Source: Octopus vulgaris
Taxonomy: Eukaryota
Direction: 5' to 3'
Length of the DNA: 64,000 bases
Assembly (NCBI GenBank): GCA_951406725.2
Contig: OX597826.1
Coordinates: forward strand, 15,934,001-15,998,000
Shown here: piece after piece, positions 13,071-28,292 of the stretch
Position numbering within the stretch: position 1 is the stretch's first letter
How the letters are laid out: each line of letters begins with the position of its first letter
Translations under genes and position numbers: made by a program
The notes under the pieces: model-generated
Seen by the model: the letters and a program-made list of their open reading frames with translations, nothing else
Told to the model about the DNA's origin: nothing
The model's database searches: none

Positions 13071-15829
13071 TATTTAAATCAGTGTCATATTTGTCCGTGA
13101 AATGACGGTTGGGCAGGAGCTAGCGCTTGCCACATAAGGTCATAGTGATATTTTTTGCACAGGGCACGGGCGTCATTCTCATTGATTTTCTAGAACACGG
13201 TTGTACGATGAAGTACGGGCAGTGCGCTGAGACACAAATAAAGATTAGAAAAGCTATTAAGATGTGCTAACTAAAGAAGTATCTGAAAACTGTATATTCA
13301 TCACTAATAATGCGTTGTTACATACGGTTTAGCCAGTAAATGAAGCAAACGGATGTTTAGGATGGTTAATGTAACAGTCTGAATCAAGAGTCCTAGTATT
13401 CCACATGTTTACTCCAATAAAGGACAATCTTTTGGAGAAAACTGTTTGATGACTCAGAGATGAAGGCTGCTTCGAAGACGCTGATGAGGACTATTCCTAG
13501 GAGACAGAAACATCCACAAGTATTAACAGCTATTAATCATAAATCAGCAAAATATCCGACACTATGATTACATTTCAACTTGAAAAGAAATTAATCTTCC
13601 CGCATAAAGTTCCCTTGCAGTATGTATCTTACAATTATCTACCATTTTCATTTATGATGTATCTAGTTCGTCTACTAATTGCAAATTGAACTTTGCAATT
13701 ATTTTTGAATTGCAAATTTTCCCATAACGAGAGTCTGAAGTGGCCATGAGCTTATTTAACACCTTTTTTCAGTTACAATGATAAAAATTACTAAAGTTCT
13801 ATTTGCTTCGAAAGAATTCGAAACAATCTGATAACAACTTATTTATTTTATGTGGTAAATTCTGACCTTTTTGAAGGATATAGGCTGAATAAATTCTAGT
13901 GATAATAATTACGTATAATGTTCTTGCCGAAATAAACCCCAGTCAATTTTCAGTTCGTTAATAATTTTAGTGTCAGTCTAATAAGCGTTATAGAGAAATA
14001 TTGTACATATGCTATGGTATGAGTATAGTATAAGAATTCAAATTTAATCATCATCCTCACACATAAATGTTTTTTTCCTTAGTCTTTAAAATATGGATTA
14101 GAGGCAAATTAAATATCAATGACGTGAGATAGAGAGAAAATATGATACTGAGCTATGTATCTTAAGGTACTCATAATGTTTCTTTCACGTGGAGTGCATC
14201 GCCAATGAATAAAGATAATTAGGAATTATGCTACTCTCTGCTACATCAACGAGGAAGAAAAGACACAAATAGCCCCATATTCAGGGATGTCAGCTGTTGA
14301 TGTGCAACGTAGTAATGTAATGAAGTGTTGACAAAGAAAAACAAAACTTCGTTAGACATAATTCATGAAATAAAGAGAAATTACCGAATTGTTTTGTTTT
14401 CCCGTAGAATTCAATTAACTGTAAAAAGAAAACAACAACAACAACAACAACAATAAAACAAGAACAATAAGCAGAACAAGCCATCAGCTAAAATATCGAC
14501 AATAAAGAAGGCATAGAAAAACTGAGATAGCTCAAATTTGTTTAAAACATGTGATTCTATTAATAATGATTTGATAAAGTTACCTTATTGATTATCAAAA
14601 AACAATAAAAATGTTATGATTGCTAATTTAAAACAGGTTTTTCAACTAATCATAACAAGTTCGGTATCAAAACATTGTGGACCACAATAGTTTTCATTTT
14701 TTTGTATCTACTTTTCGTCCCTCCAACCACATGATTTTGTTTAAATTGATGTCTGCGTTTATTTGTAAAGAAGGAATAGAAATGTTACATTGTTTGCAAA
14801 GAGAGAAAAACTTTGTGAGCGTGGAAAATGATATAAATTTATTGTTATTTGCGTTTATCAGTAAATTCAAATATTTTAAAAACAATTAGTGTTTTACTGT
14901 GTCTATTTTCCCTAGCATCATTTCTTTTGTTCCTTTCATACACAATCTACTCTTGTTTCATGGTAAATGTAAGAAAATATATACATACACACACATGCAT
15001 ACATAACCCTACATACATACATAACCCTACATACATAACCCTACATACATAACCCTACATACATAACCCTACATGCATACACACATACATACATACATAC
15101 ATACATGCATACAAAACTATATACAAACATACATACATATATGCATGCATGTAGATACTCTTAAATATATGTGCCTATAGATGTATGTATCTGTTGGAAA
15201 TGAAGATAGCATATGATAGTCAGAATTATGTTGTAAAAATCATTGAACGATTTTATGGAAATGCATCCCACTTGTTATTGCAGAGAATAAAAACTAATTT
15301 AATTGTGAATTTCCCTCAATACAATATATTCTTCTTTACCTTGGAGTAACTCAGCATGGCATAAATGGGGAAAACATACTAATCACGCATTTATAAATTT
15401 AAATCAGTCAATTAGTTCAGGGTTTTGTATGTTTATACCTTTACCACATACTGGGAGATTTCGCTGTAAAGAACAGTTTGCAGCTTTATCATTTTTCTTT
15501 CTATAAATGTAGTATGAGTCTAGGTGGTGCAAAAAAAGTATGTTAATACCTTCATTGATGTATGTCTCCTAGGTTGATACGCAAGGTAAACCAAATCAAT
15601 ATGCGAATAATTTGTTTATATAAATTTGATATTATGTACAATTCTATTCACATGATGACTCCTAAAACGAGTATCCTGTCAGTGAAAGTTCATTCAGATA
15701 TTATATTAGTGTTTAGTTATCGATTAGAATTTAATTTCATCGTTTAATTTTTTACGATTCTGCACATTAAGCACAATTTTCCAATTACATCAGTTAATAT
15801 GATATCCCGAAGTTAGAGAATTAGAGGCA

Positions 15830-17552
15830 CCATTCTATTCCCATTACTCTTTTGCATGGCACTGATCCCACTCTCAAACGAACTACATAACACCAGATAT
15901 GGGTTCAAAGTTCATAATACGACAATAAGCCATCTGTTTTTTATGGACGATCTGAGGCAGTTTGCTAGAAATGAGAAAGAGCTAGCAGAGCTGCTAAAAA
16001 GAGTTCAGCAATACCATTGGGATGGATTTGGGCCATAAATGTGCGAAAGCAATTTTTGTAAGAGGCAAGCTTCCATTAGATACCGACACTACAATCAAGA
16101 AGCTTGACTCAAAAGAACACTATATACACCTTGGGATAAACGGAGGAGATAGTATACAACATGCTACATATGAAGGAAAAAAATAAGGAGAAAAATGACT
16201 AAAACCTGAGCCCAACTCAAAACATCGCATCAAAATCATTCACACACTGATACTTTCAGTAGTCCTATATAGTTTTAACATCATTAACTGGAATCTTACA
16301 GAGAACTAATGACTGGACAGGTTGAGAAGAAAACTACTAACATCTATGAACATACATCACCCAAAAGCAAACATTGATCGTCTGTACGTACCTAGAAGTA
16401 ATGAGGGAATAGGAATATTGCAGGTAGAACTGTGCTATAAGACCTCCACAGTAGGAACGAACGAGTACTGTTCTTGTACAGATGGCTGGACGCTGCGATT
16501 TGTGTGCAAAGACGAAAGCAATACAAAATCACGATCGATTGTCAAAGAAGCTTGAAAATTCACATGAAAACTTAGCATAAACCCTGAAATAGATGAACAA
16601 CCTAAACCACTGGCACAAAACAAACAAAATGGATTAAGCAGACTGCAAAAAAGAACAGGTAGAAACGAAATGAGAAGCAGTGGAGCCAGAAGCCTCTCCA
16701 AGGACAATATATATTTTGAAGTCGAAATGCTGATGTACACCAAGCAACAACTCATCAATGACTGAGAAGTTCTGGACTGGAAGTAGAGACTGAAGGTTTT
16801 GTATTAGCAACAAAAGATCGATGCTTACTTACAAAACTGTACCAAGCTAACATTCTTCAAAACGGTTCTGCGACGCATTTGAGGAAACAACAGACTATCT
16901 CCCCTCGGGATGTTCTGTGCTGACACTAAAAGAATGCAAGAATCGTCATGATAGCGTAGGACAGTATTTACATTGGGAAATATGTGAACGCTATAAATTC
17001 AGCACTCCTGCTTACTAGTATCAACATCACACTGGGCCAGTGGTTGAAAGTAAAAATGTGATTATCCTCTGAGATTTTCCAGTCAACACTGACAGAACGA
17101 TCGAGGATAATCTACCAGAATAATTATTAAAGACAGGGATGAAAATACGGGTAGACTAAGTGTTGTAAGTGTTCCCACACATAAGAATATCTCTCTCAAG
17201 GAATTTGACAAATTAAGTAAATATAACAACCTGGAAATTGAAATGCATGTGGCATATTAAAACTACAACTATTTCTATTACTGTAGGTGCCCTAGGTATG
17301 GTAAAAAGGGATGTCAGAAGCATTTAGATAAAATCCCAGGAGAACTATGTTTCAGAGAAAGTACTGCCAGCATCCTTAGAAAAGCACTATTCATTTAAAT
17401 TACTGTGTTGTATTACTTGAGGATATTTCGCTACTGCCCTTGCCAGATCCCCTCCCCAAGCTTTCAGTCATACTGCAACATCTCTTGTCCCTATGACGCT
17501 GGGTGTGTCTCGGCAAGTGATTGTAACAAACATGCACAATTAGAAAAGAATA
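15830..17552 (+). mobile_element. 5'-truncated decayed R4/Dong-like non-LTR retrotransposon
   Basis: ISHLFFMDDL (RT), HHPKANIDRLYVPR, RHD and REL-endonuclease region; many stops and frameshifts; ends in (TAA)-like tail. Confidence 0.85.
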
Positions 17553-17589
17553 ATGATAGTAATAAAAAAATAATAATAGAAGCAAAACC

Positions 17590-18357
17590 GTAACTACGTC
17601 TGAGAAGCTCAGGATTAAAAGCAGAGACTTAATGATTTTTAACTGCAGCACAAGATCAAAGCCTTCCCACCACAGATCACCAAAAACACATAATGAAAAA
17701 ATATAACTAACCGCAGAACGTGGTGATGGACAAGAAACAGTAACTCATATATATTGTTTCTGGCTGCCCAGTTCTGCCTTAGAGGCAATATACTCAGAGA
17801 CACGACAGAGTTGGGATCTATATATGCTGGAAACTATTCCAACACTATGCAATGAGAACTGAAAAACGTTGGTATACGCACACCCCAGAGGCGATCACAG
17901 AAAGTGAGAAAGCAGCCATATTCTGGGACATGCCAATGCACACAGATACAGAAATTAAGAGCAACATAATGGATATTGTTGTCAGAGATCATTAAGAAAA
18001 AAAACATGCTTTCTAATCGTTGTATCAATAGTAATAGACGTCAAAGTTTCTCTAGGAGACACAAAGAGACTTTCAAAATACAAAGATCTGAAAATAGATG
18101 TAACTTGAATGTGGAGCCGAAAAACAGACAATTCCTATAATAGTAAGCGCATTAGGTATGATAAAATAACATTCAGACTAAATGCTCAACAACAACACTT
18201 GGACTTACAAGTATATATAATATACAGAAAATATCACTACTAGGCAGCGCACACATCCTATGTATAGTGAAAATAAGAGCACCACAAAACACAGAACATA
18301 CAAAAGGCATATAGCTGCGCTTAGTAGCGAAAGTACGTGATAAAATTAAGACTACTG
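17590..18357 (+). mobile_element. R4/Dong-like LINE 3' fragment
   Basis: AAQDQSLPT, SGCPVL, RHDRVG, ILWDMP, SKYKDL motifs; terminates in long (AAT)n. Confidence 0.85.
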
Positions 18358-18375
18358 AATAATAATAATAATAAC

Positions 18376-18460
<85 letters not shown>

Positions 18461-18497
18461 TAATACTACTACTACTAATAATACTAATAATATAATG

Positions 18498-18528
<31 letters not shown>

Positions 18529-18530
<2 letters not shown>

Positions 18531-18801
18531 TGGGTGTTTTGTTCAACATCCTTAAACAACCCTTATTCAGGGACCTTTTGAGCGGGATGGGCTACTCGAC
18601 CAGAAGAAAATTCTAACTGGGGCCCCACCTGCAAGGCCATGCGGTGTTTATCTTGATATGAGACCACCATATCGCGCACATATGGTTGTAATGCATGTGC
18701 CTGGTGTATCCTTATCAGACGGGTAGTCACATGATAGATGTACTGGGCTTCATATATTTTACCCCTGTGTCACTTTGATGGCATGCACTGCTCTCTCACT
18801 C
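18529..18801 (+). mobile_element. Truncated copy of (TAA)n-embedded non-coding element
   Basis: Matches right half of 27487-28061; flanked by (AAT)n on both sides. Confidence 0.85.
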
Positions 18802-18825
18802 AATAATAATAATAATAATAATGAA

Positions 18826-18933
<108 letters not shown>

Positions 18934-19499
18934 TTCATTATCTTTTTCGTATTGATGGTGTCTTCATCTCTTCTTTTCCCCCTTTTCTGCTTTGCAATGT
19001 TCCTTCTTTATCTGTGATATATATGTATAACAATAATAATAATAATAATAATAACAATCATGACCGACGTGTACGAGTGAGCTCCCTGCAGAGAAGAATT
19101 GAAATTGTGATCATTGGCAAACACGATTTAAGAAACCGCTAAAGTATGTAAGAAAATTGTTACTTAATATAAATCATTTCATGACGCCGAAATATTTCTC
19201 TCATATATGAAACATAGTTTTTGCCAGACACGTCGTTACAGCAAGACATGTGTGTGGAAATATATACACGTAGGGACGTGATATACCTATACAAGAACTG
19301 AAACAATATGCGAGAATGTGATGTTCCTACAGAAAAAAATGTGGGTGCAAATAATAATCGTAAATACAGTCTAATTGCTACAAGTATACACAATAAATTT
19401 AACGTTTATATAGTTCACATATGACCTCGTCCATGTTGTAAGTGAACAAGACAACATAGAATAACAGTGCTTAAACAAATTAAAAGCGACAAATAATAA

Positions 19500-19730
19500 T
19501 AATAACAATATAATATGCAACAAGTCTCATTTTAAACGTAGAGAAAAAGCAGAGATGACGACTACAATAAAGTGATATATGCATTCTACACAGCAAAACT
19601 ATACCCGGGAAATACAGAGATAACAGGGAAGGCATACCAAATATGGAGACGAAATACTGATAGAAGGGGAGAAGACTCTTGTGAATGTCCGGCAATATAT
19701 CCTGTGAGAAGGAAAAGTGCCCCAAACTGA
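19500..19730 (+). mobile_element. R4/Dong-like N-terminal fragment
   Basis: DY.KVIYAFY.AKLYP...AYQIWR-like segment following a TAA run. Confidence 0.45.
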
Positions 19731-19761
19731 AATAGGCAGAATAATATATAAAATGCACAGG

Positions 19762-19845
19762 GCAGCGAGCTGGCAGAAATGTTAGCACGCCGGGCGAAAT
19801 GCTTAGCGGTATTTCGTTTGTCTTTGCGTATTGAGTTCAAATTTC
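19762..19845 (+). mobile_element. SINE tRNA head (Nin/Deu-like family)
   Basis: GGCAGCGAGCTGGCAGAAATGTTAGCACGCCGGGCG...GAGTTCAAAT. Confidence 0.85.
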
Positions 19846-20397
19846 AGTCATCTGACTGTGGCCATGCTGGAGCAACGCTTTTAGTCGAGCAAATCGATCC
19901 CAGGACTTATTCTTTGTAATCGTAGTACTTATTCTATCGGTCTGTTTTGCCGAACCGCTAAGTTACGGGGACGTAAACACACCAGCATCGGTTATCAAGG
20001 GATGTGGGTGGGGGCAAACAAAGACACACAAACATACACACACACACACACACCTGTGTTTTTCTCTCTCTGTGTATCTTTCTGTTGAAGAGCGTAGGCT
20101 CGAAACGTTAAAGACTTGTTTTATTTATATTTCCTGAGCGCCATACTAATACAATTGTTCGTTTGTTTTCCACCTGCCTTCGTCTTTTGTTTATTTTCAT
20201 AAAGCTTCCCGTTATATACCTATACATATATACGACAGGCTTCTTTCAGTTTCCGTCTACCAAATCCACTCACAAGGTTTTGGTCGGCCCGAGACCATAG
20301 TAGAAAACACTTGTCCAAGATGCCACGCAATGGGACTGAACCCGGAACCATGTGGTTCGTAAGCAAACTACTTACCACACAGCCACTCTTACGCCTA
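19846..20397 (-). mobile_element. tRNA-derived SINE, second family, with nested HHR element in its internal microsatellite
   Basis: Minus head AGGCGTAAGAGTGGCTGTGTGGTAAG...GGGTTCAGTCCC; insertion ~20055-20218. Confidence 0.8.
20077..20114 (+). ncRNA. Variant hammerhead motif family B (CUGUUGA core)
   Basis: TCTTT-CTGTTGA-A-GAGC-gtag-GCTC-GAAA-CG-TT-AAAGA: all stems intact, ACGT palindromic stem III. Confidence 0.75.
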
Positions 20398-20769
20398 TTC
20401 TGTATTAACTATTGATATCTGATATCACGTATTTAATGCAGGTGTATTGTTAAACTATTATTGGCTGCGGTATGTCGTCCTGGGAAAGAACCTCTAAACA
20501 CAGCACGTGTTGAGAAAAAATAGAGTATATTAAAGGCAGGCGAAACAAATCACTACGGAGCAGAACATATGTCGATATTTCGATATTTCAGTCCTCAAGA
20601 TGAATTCAAATCGGTGGACCGAAGTATATGCAGATAGCGTAAAATTTATCTGCCGATGTGCAAATGCGCCGCATAAGTAAAACAAAATTTAGAAACAATT
20701 CTATCTCTCTATATCTTTCTTTCTTTCTCTCTCTATCTCTCTCTATATATATATCTATATCTATATCTA

Positions 20770-20834
<65 letters not shown>

Positions 20835-20851
20835 CTCTCTCTATCTATCTA

Positions 20852-20906
<55 letters not shown>

Positions 20907-21268
20907 TACAGATATGTATGTACATACATCGATATATAACGCATTTGTCAAATTATATATGCCTATGCGTATATGTGTAATTTAAATATCTGAAATAGTG
21001 AGTTATAATCATCTTAGTATATTTCAAAATTTCATGAACCACTCTGAGGCATTTCAATCGATACCTATATCGTAAATTTTGAAGATTGAGGAGCACGAAT
21101 TTTCTGACCACAAGTATCTTTACACATGAGACATTCCTGCGCTTCAATCAGTTTACACTAGCAATTTGTGATTCATATTTATTACACACTTTAAACAGGC
21201 GTACATTCCTATGTACGTATATGAATTTACACCGGAGCATGTTTAGATGTACATATGAATAATTATAA

Positions 21269-21309
<41 letters not shown>

Positions 21310-21372
21310 CTTACTTACCCGCATATATATTATATACACACACATAGATACACACGCGCGCACACATGTATG

Positions 21373-21407
<35 letters not shown>

Positions 21408-24400
21408 CACAAATAGGCATCCATATCCTTGTGGGGTTTTTTTGTGAGGCATGTTAAAAGAAGTAAGATACTAAATTACAGTTCATTATCTAAACAATTG
21501 TTAGATCTGAAGATATGATCAAGAAGATTATACATGAATGAATTGAGGCGTAATCTTTTGTACTTCATAGTTGTTATGCAAAAAGGAAAAAATGATTACG
21601 GAGAAATGGGGTTATTAATGAAGTGTAAAGGGAATATATTCTATTTGAAATGCTACATAAGTCGTTTCATTGCTGATAAATATCATTCTTGATAAGAGAT
21701 ATCACTCTAATCTATAGAAGAATTCCCCGCAGCAGTTTATTTCTTAGTGAAGATAAAAGCAAAATTATAAGATCATCGTATCTAAAAGACAAATGTAAGA
21801 GATTGTACACAGAATTTTTGTCCAGGTAAAAGAAAAACCGTATATCTGATTCTGTATTGGTGGTTCTGGTATTAAGCATGCGTACATATTTGCTCACTTT
21901 GGTACATTGATAAACATATGCACACATACATATATGGAAGAGATAGGGAGTAAGTTTCTTGATAGAATGTTGTAACAAAACCGGTTTGCATGTTAAATCA
22001 TTTCTTATCACAAACATTTTGCTTCGCTTTGGACGTTACAAATATCTATCTCAGGTACCTTAGCTGTCGTAGACAATTTTGTGGAATTGCAAATCTGTTC
22101 TACCAGAGACATTCTACTATTATACTTTGGGCAGAATTTTGTTTCTTATTTCAGTTATAAATAAATTATATAAATACATATAAGAGAAATAGTGGTGTGC
22201 TAAATAGACTTAACTAGACCGTTATATACTCCGTGTTTTTATATGGTGTTCCTTTATCTCTATGTTGGTGCTGCTTGTGGAATTTTAGAGACAGGCTTCT
22301 AAAGCCAAAGAAACATAATTCTGGAAATGTATTTCGAGATCAGAAGGCTTCCTAAACCAGTCAAAACGTTTCTATGAAATACACATTTTCCGTGCGAGAA
22401 ATGCACCATGCGAATATTGGCTCATGTTTAATTTAGATGGGTATTAAGGAGGACTTTTCTAACTGGTAATTTGATATATTAGAAATTGTATCGAAAACTA
22501 TTTCGAATTACATTAGGACATCTTCGTGGAGAAAGAAGATACATAAATATTGCCTGGTCATTTCTGACGATACGGCATGGTCACAACAAGAGTATGTATG
22601 ATATTACGTCGATGTGACAAATACATATTGGGTGAGAAAAAAATAAAAGCCCTCGATATATAGGGGATATTAACTGCATTATAGAAGACAGTTGATTTCA
22701 TTTGTACAATATCTTCATCGCACCTGGAGAAGAAATAGCTTCACAACAACAAACACTATATAGACTTAAATGCATTGTAATATGTTCCTTCACGTATCCT
22801 GGCTCATAAAAGGACGACAAAATAATTATCATTTTAATTATACTGGTTATACACAAATATTTGTATAAATACTGTGGCGGTTTATGAACAAACATTAAAC
22901 GAAGTTCAAAGCATTAAATTTTAGAATGGGAAATACGAATAAATATAGAATGGAAAATTTAAAATATATCTTGTATTATTGTGTCATTCTTACAATTAGT
23001 GCTTGTCAAACTTTTGAGTACACTTTATATATATATATTCAACATAGTTTCTAATTGTTATGCAGTCATATCTCCACTTCTCAAGGAAATTGCATCTGTT
23101 GCGACAAATATTTTTATTGTTCATACGAGACAACGTTTATTACAAATTGTTTGTTTTCAATGTAGGTTATGGCTTTTTCATTTGCGTTCCCCCAAAAAAA
23201 TTTCGTATTTTAGAAGGGAAATAAAACATTTGAATTATATTTTTTCAACTTAGCTAAAAGAAAATAATCATTAAAATAAATAATAAAAAGCGTAATAAAA
23301 CCTTTATAGAATGAGTAGCTGTTGAACAAAATTCTAAAACTGTAAAACTAAAACGTGAAGGTTTGCAAGGAAGCAAAAAAAAACAAGAACAAAAAGTGTA
23401 ATAATAATAAAAACAATAATAATTTGGATGGTCTCCAATATAAGTCTACAAGGTTATACTGCAGCCATAAATGTACAATTTGAGTTGCTGTCATTGTGTA
23501 CATTGAAATGATAAATGGGATATGATTCAGAAGTTTGAACAGTAAAATACACTTAGTATTTAACTACTATTCATCTGGTATGCAAAGGAGACACTACGCA
23601 AGTGATGGTATTTGCAAACAGTTCAATCTAATTGTTTAGCCATTAAATTGTTTCATTTAGATTTACAGCCAAAATCCAGTTTACTGCAGAAGTTTGAGGC
23701 ACGAATGTTAAAAATTAGACAGGATGACTTCTGCACGAGAGATAATTTATTTCCCACTCTCTTCGTTCGGTCTTGTTTTACATTCTCTATCTCTCTCAAT
23801 TTCCGTCTTTCTACAAATACACACACACGTACACACAAGCGCACATACACGCAAGTACACACACACACACACGTAGGCACGCACACACTCTCTTTCTCTC
23901 TATCTCTCTCGCGTACACACATGTATAAATATGCGCAAATATTCATATATTCCTAATTTATATATATACAATGTTTTCTCAGATACGTCAATCTTAGACG
24001 CTATGTCCAATCTAGTTTTGTTTCATTCATTTCTTTGAGAGTTATATCTCTATGTCTATTAAAAAGTTGACTAGGAACAAATTTCTGCTTGGATATTTCT
24101 TCAAGTCTATCGAATTTCCACAACATTTAAACACTCTCTATATAATTGTATGCTATCATTTTCTCTGCAACTCTATATCATTACTAGCAGTTATCTAAGT
24201 GCCCCTCAGTAGCACGATCTCGTAAACGTGAATGAATCTTGGGTAAATGGTTACTTAAGAATATATCTCAAAGCAGATGAGGCAAGAGAACCCAAGACTT
24301 TCCGCAGGAGCCTGAAGTAAGGTCTCCACAATTTCTGATACACTAATGAGTTCTATAACCCAACCCAATTGAGACCTGGTTACAGCGTGATTATTAAATA

Positions 24401-26935
24401 TGGCGTAGAACTAGACCCCAGTTTGGAAACAAAAAGTTACAAGAAAGGTTTTTAACCATGTCCCCAAATATGTTACTATATTTTTCTAACTCAGACGTTT
24501 CAATATCTGCTGATATATTTTCACATGGGAAATGATGTGTATTGATATAATTTGAATCACCAAATTATAAAAATATGATCTCATATTCTCGTATAGCATG
24601 CCTATACGAGGCCTGCACGAATTTACTTAAATCATATCAAAACTACTTATTATAGTTTAACAATCTATAATTCTAGCCGCACGTAAGTATATTTATGTGT
24701 CTCTGAAAGAACGTAAAATATTCTTCTTTTTTTATGCCATACATTGTTGAATAGCTTTTGTTTATTATCATGCATAGTGTTGCGATTTTCACTTCATTTA
24801 GTTTCCAGACATTATAAAGCAACATGATTTTATTTCGCACATTTCTAAACTTTGTTACTGTTACTAAAATAGACTTACATTTTCATATAAATGTATGAAA
24901 TATTTGAAATGATAGTTGGAGATACAAATACCTGTGTGCCGGACCACGGTTTTTCCTTTTATTTCCACTTCCATGCAATTAATGGCAATATGATGCCCTA
25001 AAGGAAAAGATTCTGAAGCGAAAACTATGTTTTCCGGACTATCGCATATCAGATTACTGGAACTCTAGTACTTAATTTTTCTCACTCTGCATGCTTTCTG
25101 TGCTTTTTATATACACACTTATTTTCCGGTAGACATATTCCGGCATGCATATACTCCAAACTCCATTACATGCATACGCAATTGTACTCACTCAAGTACA
25201 CGCTAATATATGTTTATATGTATACATTTATATACGTATACTAGTGAGCATACATGCATACATATGCGCGCGTGCATGTATATTTGTGCTTGAATGCATT
25301 CTCATATGCATGCCTCTGAAAATGAATAGTCTTTTTCCTTCGATTCTAAAAAATCGATAAACTGTTTTTGATAGCGAATGCATTTTACAGACAACAATGT
25401 TTTAGAATTTATAATATTTAAAAGTTCGTTCATGCTTCTGCTGGAGTTTATGTTTTATAACTTTGCGGAATGCTATTTATCTTCGTGATAAATAGAATTT
25501 AGAATAACCGAATAAACTGTTTAGCTTATACTCTTTTAACAGGCAATAACAAGTTACATAAAAATAATAATAATAATAATTGTATTTAATGTTTGCATGT
25601 AGCATATATATAACCCACACCTTTACGCATTCTCTGATTGAAGTGGGGAAATAAAAATAAAAATAGTGCCTTATTTTTATCCATATTTTAGCTAAATTTG
25701 AATATATAGCAGGGACACACTTTCAGCAATTGGATCTAATCATATCGTTGCACATATATCGGAAATTTTGATTTTATTCAAAGAAGTAAATAGTATGGAT
25801 ATTTTGCATTTAACATATTGAGAAAATATAACTATTTACGTCTTACTGATGCATCGTATTCAATAGTCTGTAACAAGTACAAACGTGAAAAAGATATTAT
25901 ATAAATCTATTTTTTTCCAATGACATATTATACAAGTTGGAAGTCTTCAGTGCCACATTGCATGATAATACGATGCGTCTATAAATCTCCAAATTTTAAT
26001 CAAGCACCAAATTTAAAGATCATCATGAATATTATTTATACAGTAAAATTATGTCCACAATCATTATTGAAAAAATTATATTTTGAATGATGTCTTGCAA
26101 ACTACTTGCACATGCAAGTGCTACCAGTATACCGGAAGCCAGGAAGTATATGGGGTCATCAGGAGAGAATGTGCGCCGTTTCGGGGCCTACATCGCGACG
26201 GCATCAATGCGCACCGGCCGCCCTCACTGATATGAGGCCCCGCTTGCTAGATCAGCTGATTATCAAATTAAGCTCAATATCCTTCTAGCCATCGCTCATT
26301 GTCTCTTTTTAACCAAATCCAGTGGCTAGCATTCTCGACTGTAGATTGGATATCGGTCATGGTGGTATTGACTTTACGATGAGTTAGGCCTAGCGATAAC
26401 AACAGTCGTCTCACAATGCGTCCAACGAACCCTCTACATTGTAAATATTACAATGTGACACATTCTGAAATAAGAGTAATCTCGAAATACTATCTGTTCC
26501 TTACAAATTGCACATTATGCCAATAACATATAGCAATATAATGAAAAGGTTGATATGTTCCTAATATATAAGTTTACGAACACAATTCGATTAGCCTGAC
26601 ACTATGTTTCCGATATCGTAGCCGTATCCTTCTCAAGAGTATGCGAACCTTTTATCAGTCTTCATCATTTATAACTAAGGTATTGGGTCACACTGGAAGA
26701 TCAGGAATTTTTCAAATTTGTTCAATCGATATGAATCACAAAATGCACATTCAAGTAAATGTTCTCTAAACCTATCGAGAAAAATCGACCTAAAAAAATC
26801 TGTTTTATTATCTTGATTTACGATTTAGTAAAGTTACATTTTTTAATTACTGATTTTTGGACATAATGCAAACTCTTGTACCAATTAAAGTAAGTATATA
26901 TTTCTAAGGAATGGTATTTTAATATACAACTATTG

Positions 26936-27245
<310 letters not shown>

Positions 27246-27256
27246 TACTCTTTCCA

Positions 27257-28292
<1,036 letters not shown>

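Noticed and set aside
13476-13520. CTGATGA...GAAA possible hammerhead
   Set aside because: No convincing stem I or stem II closure
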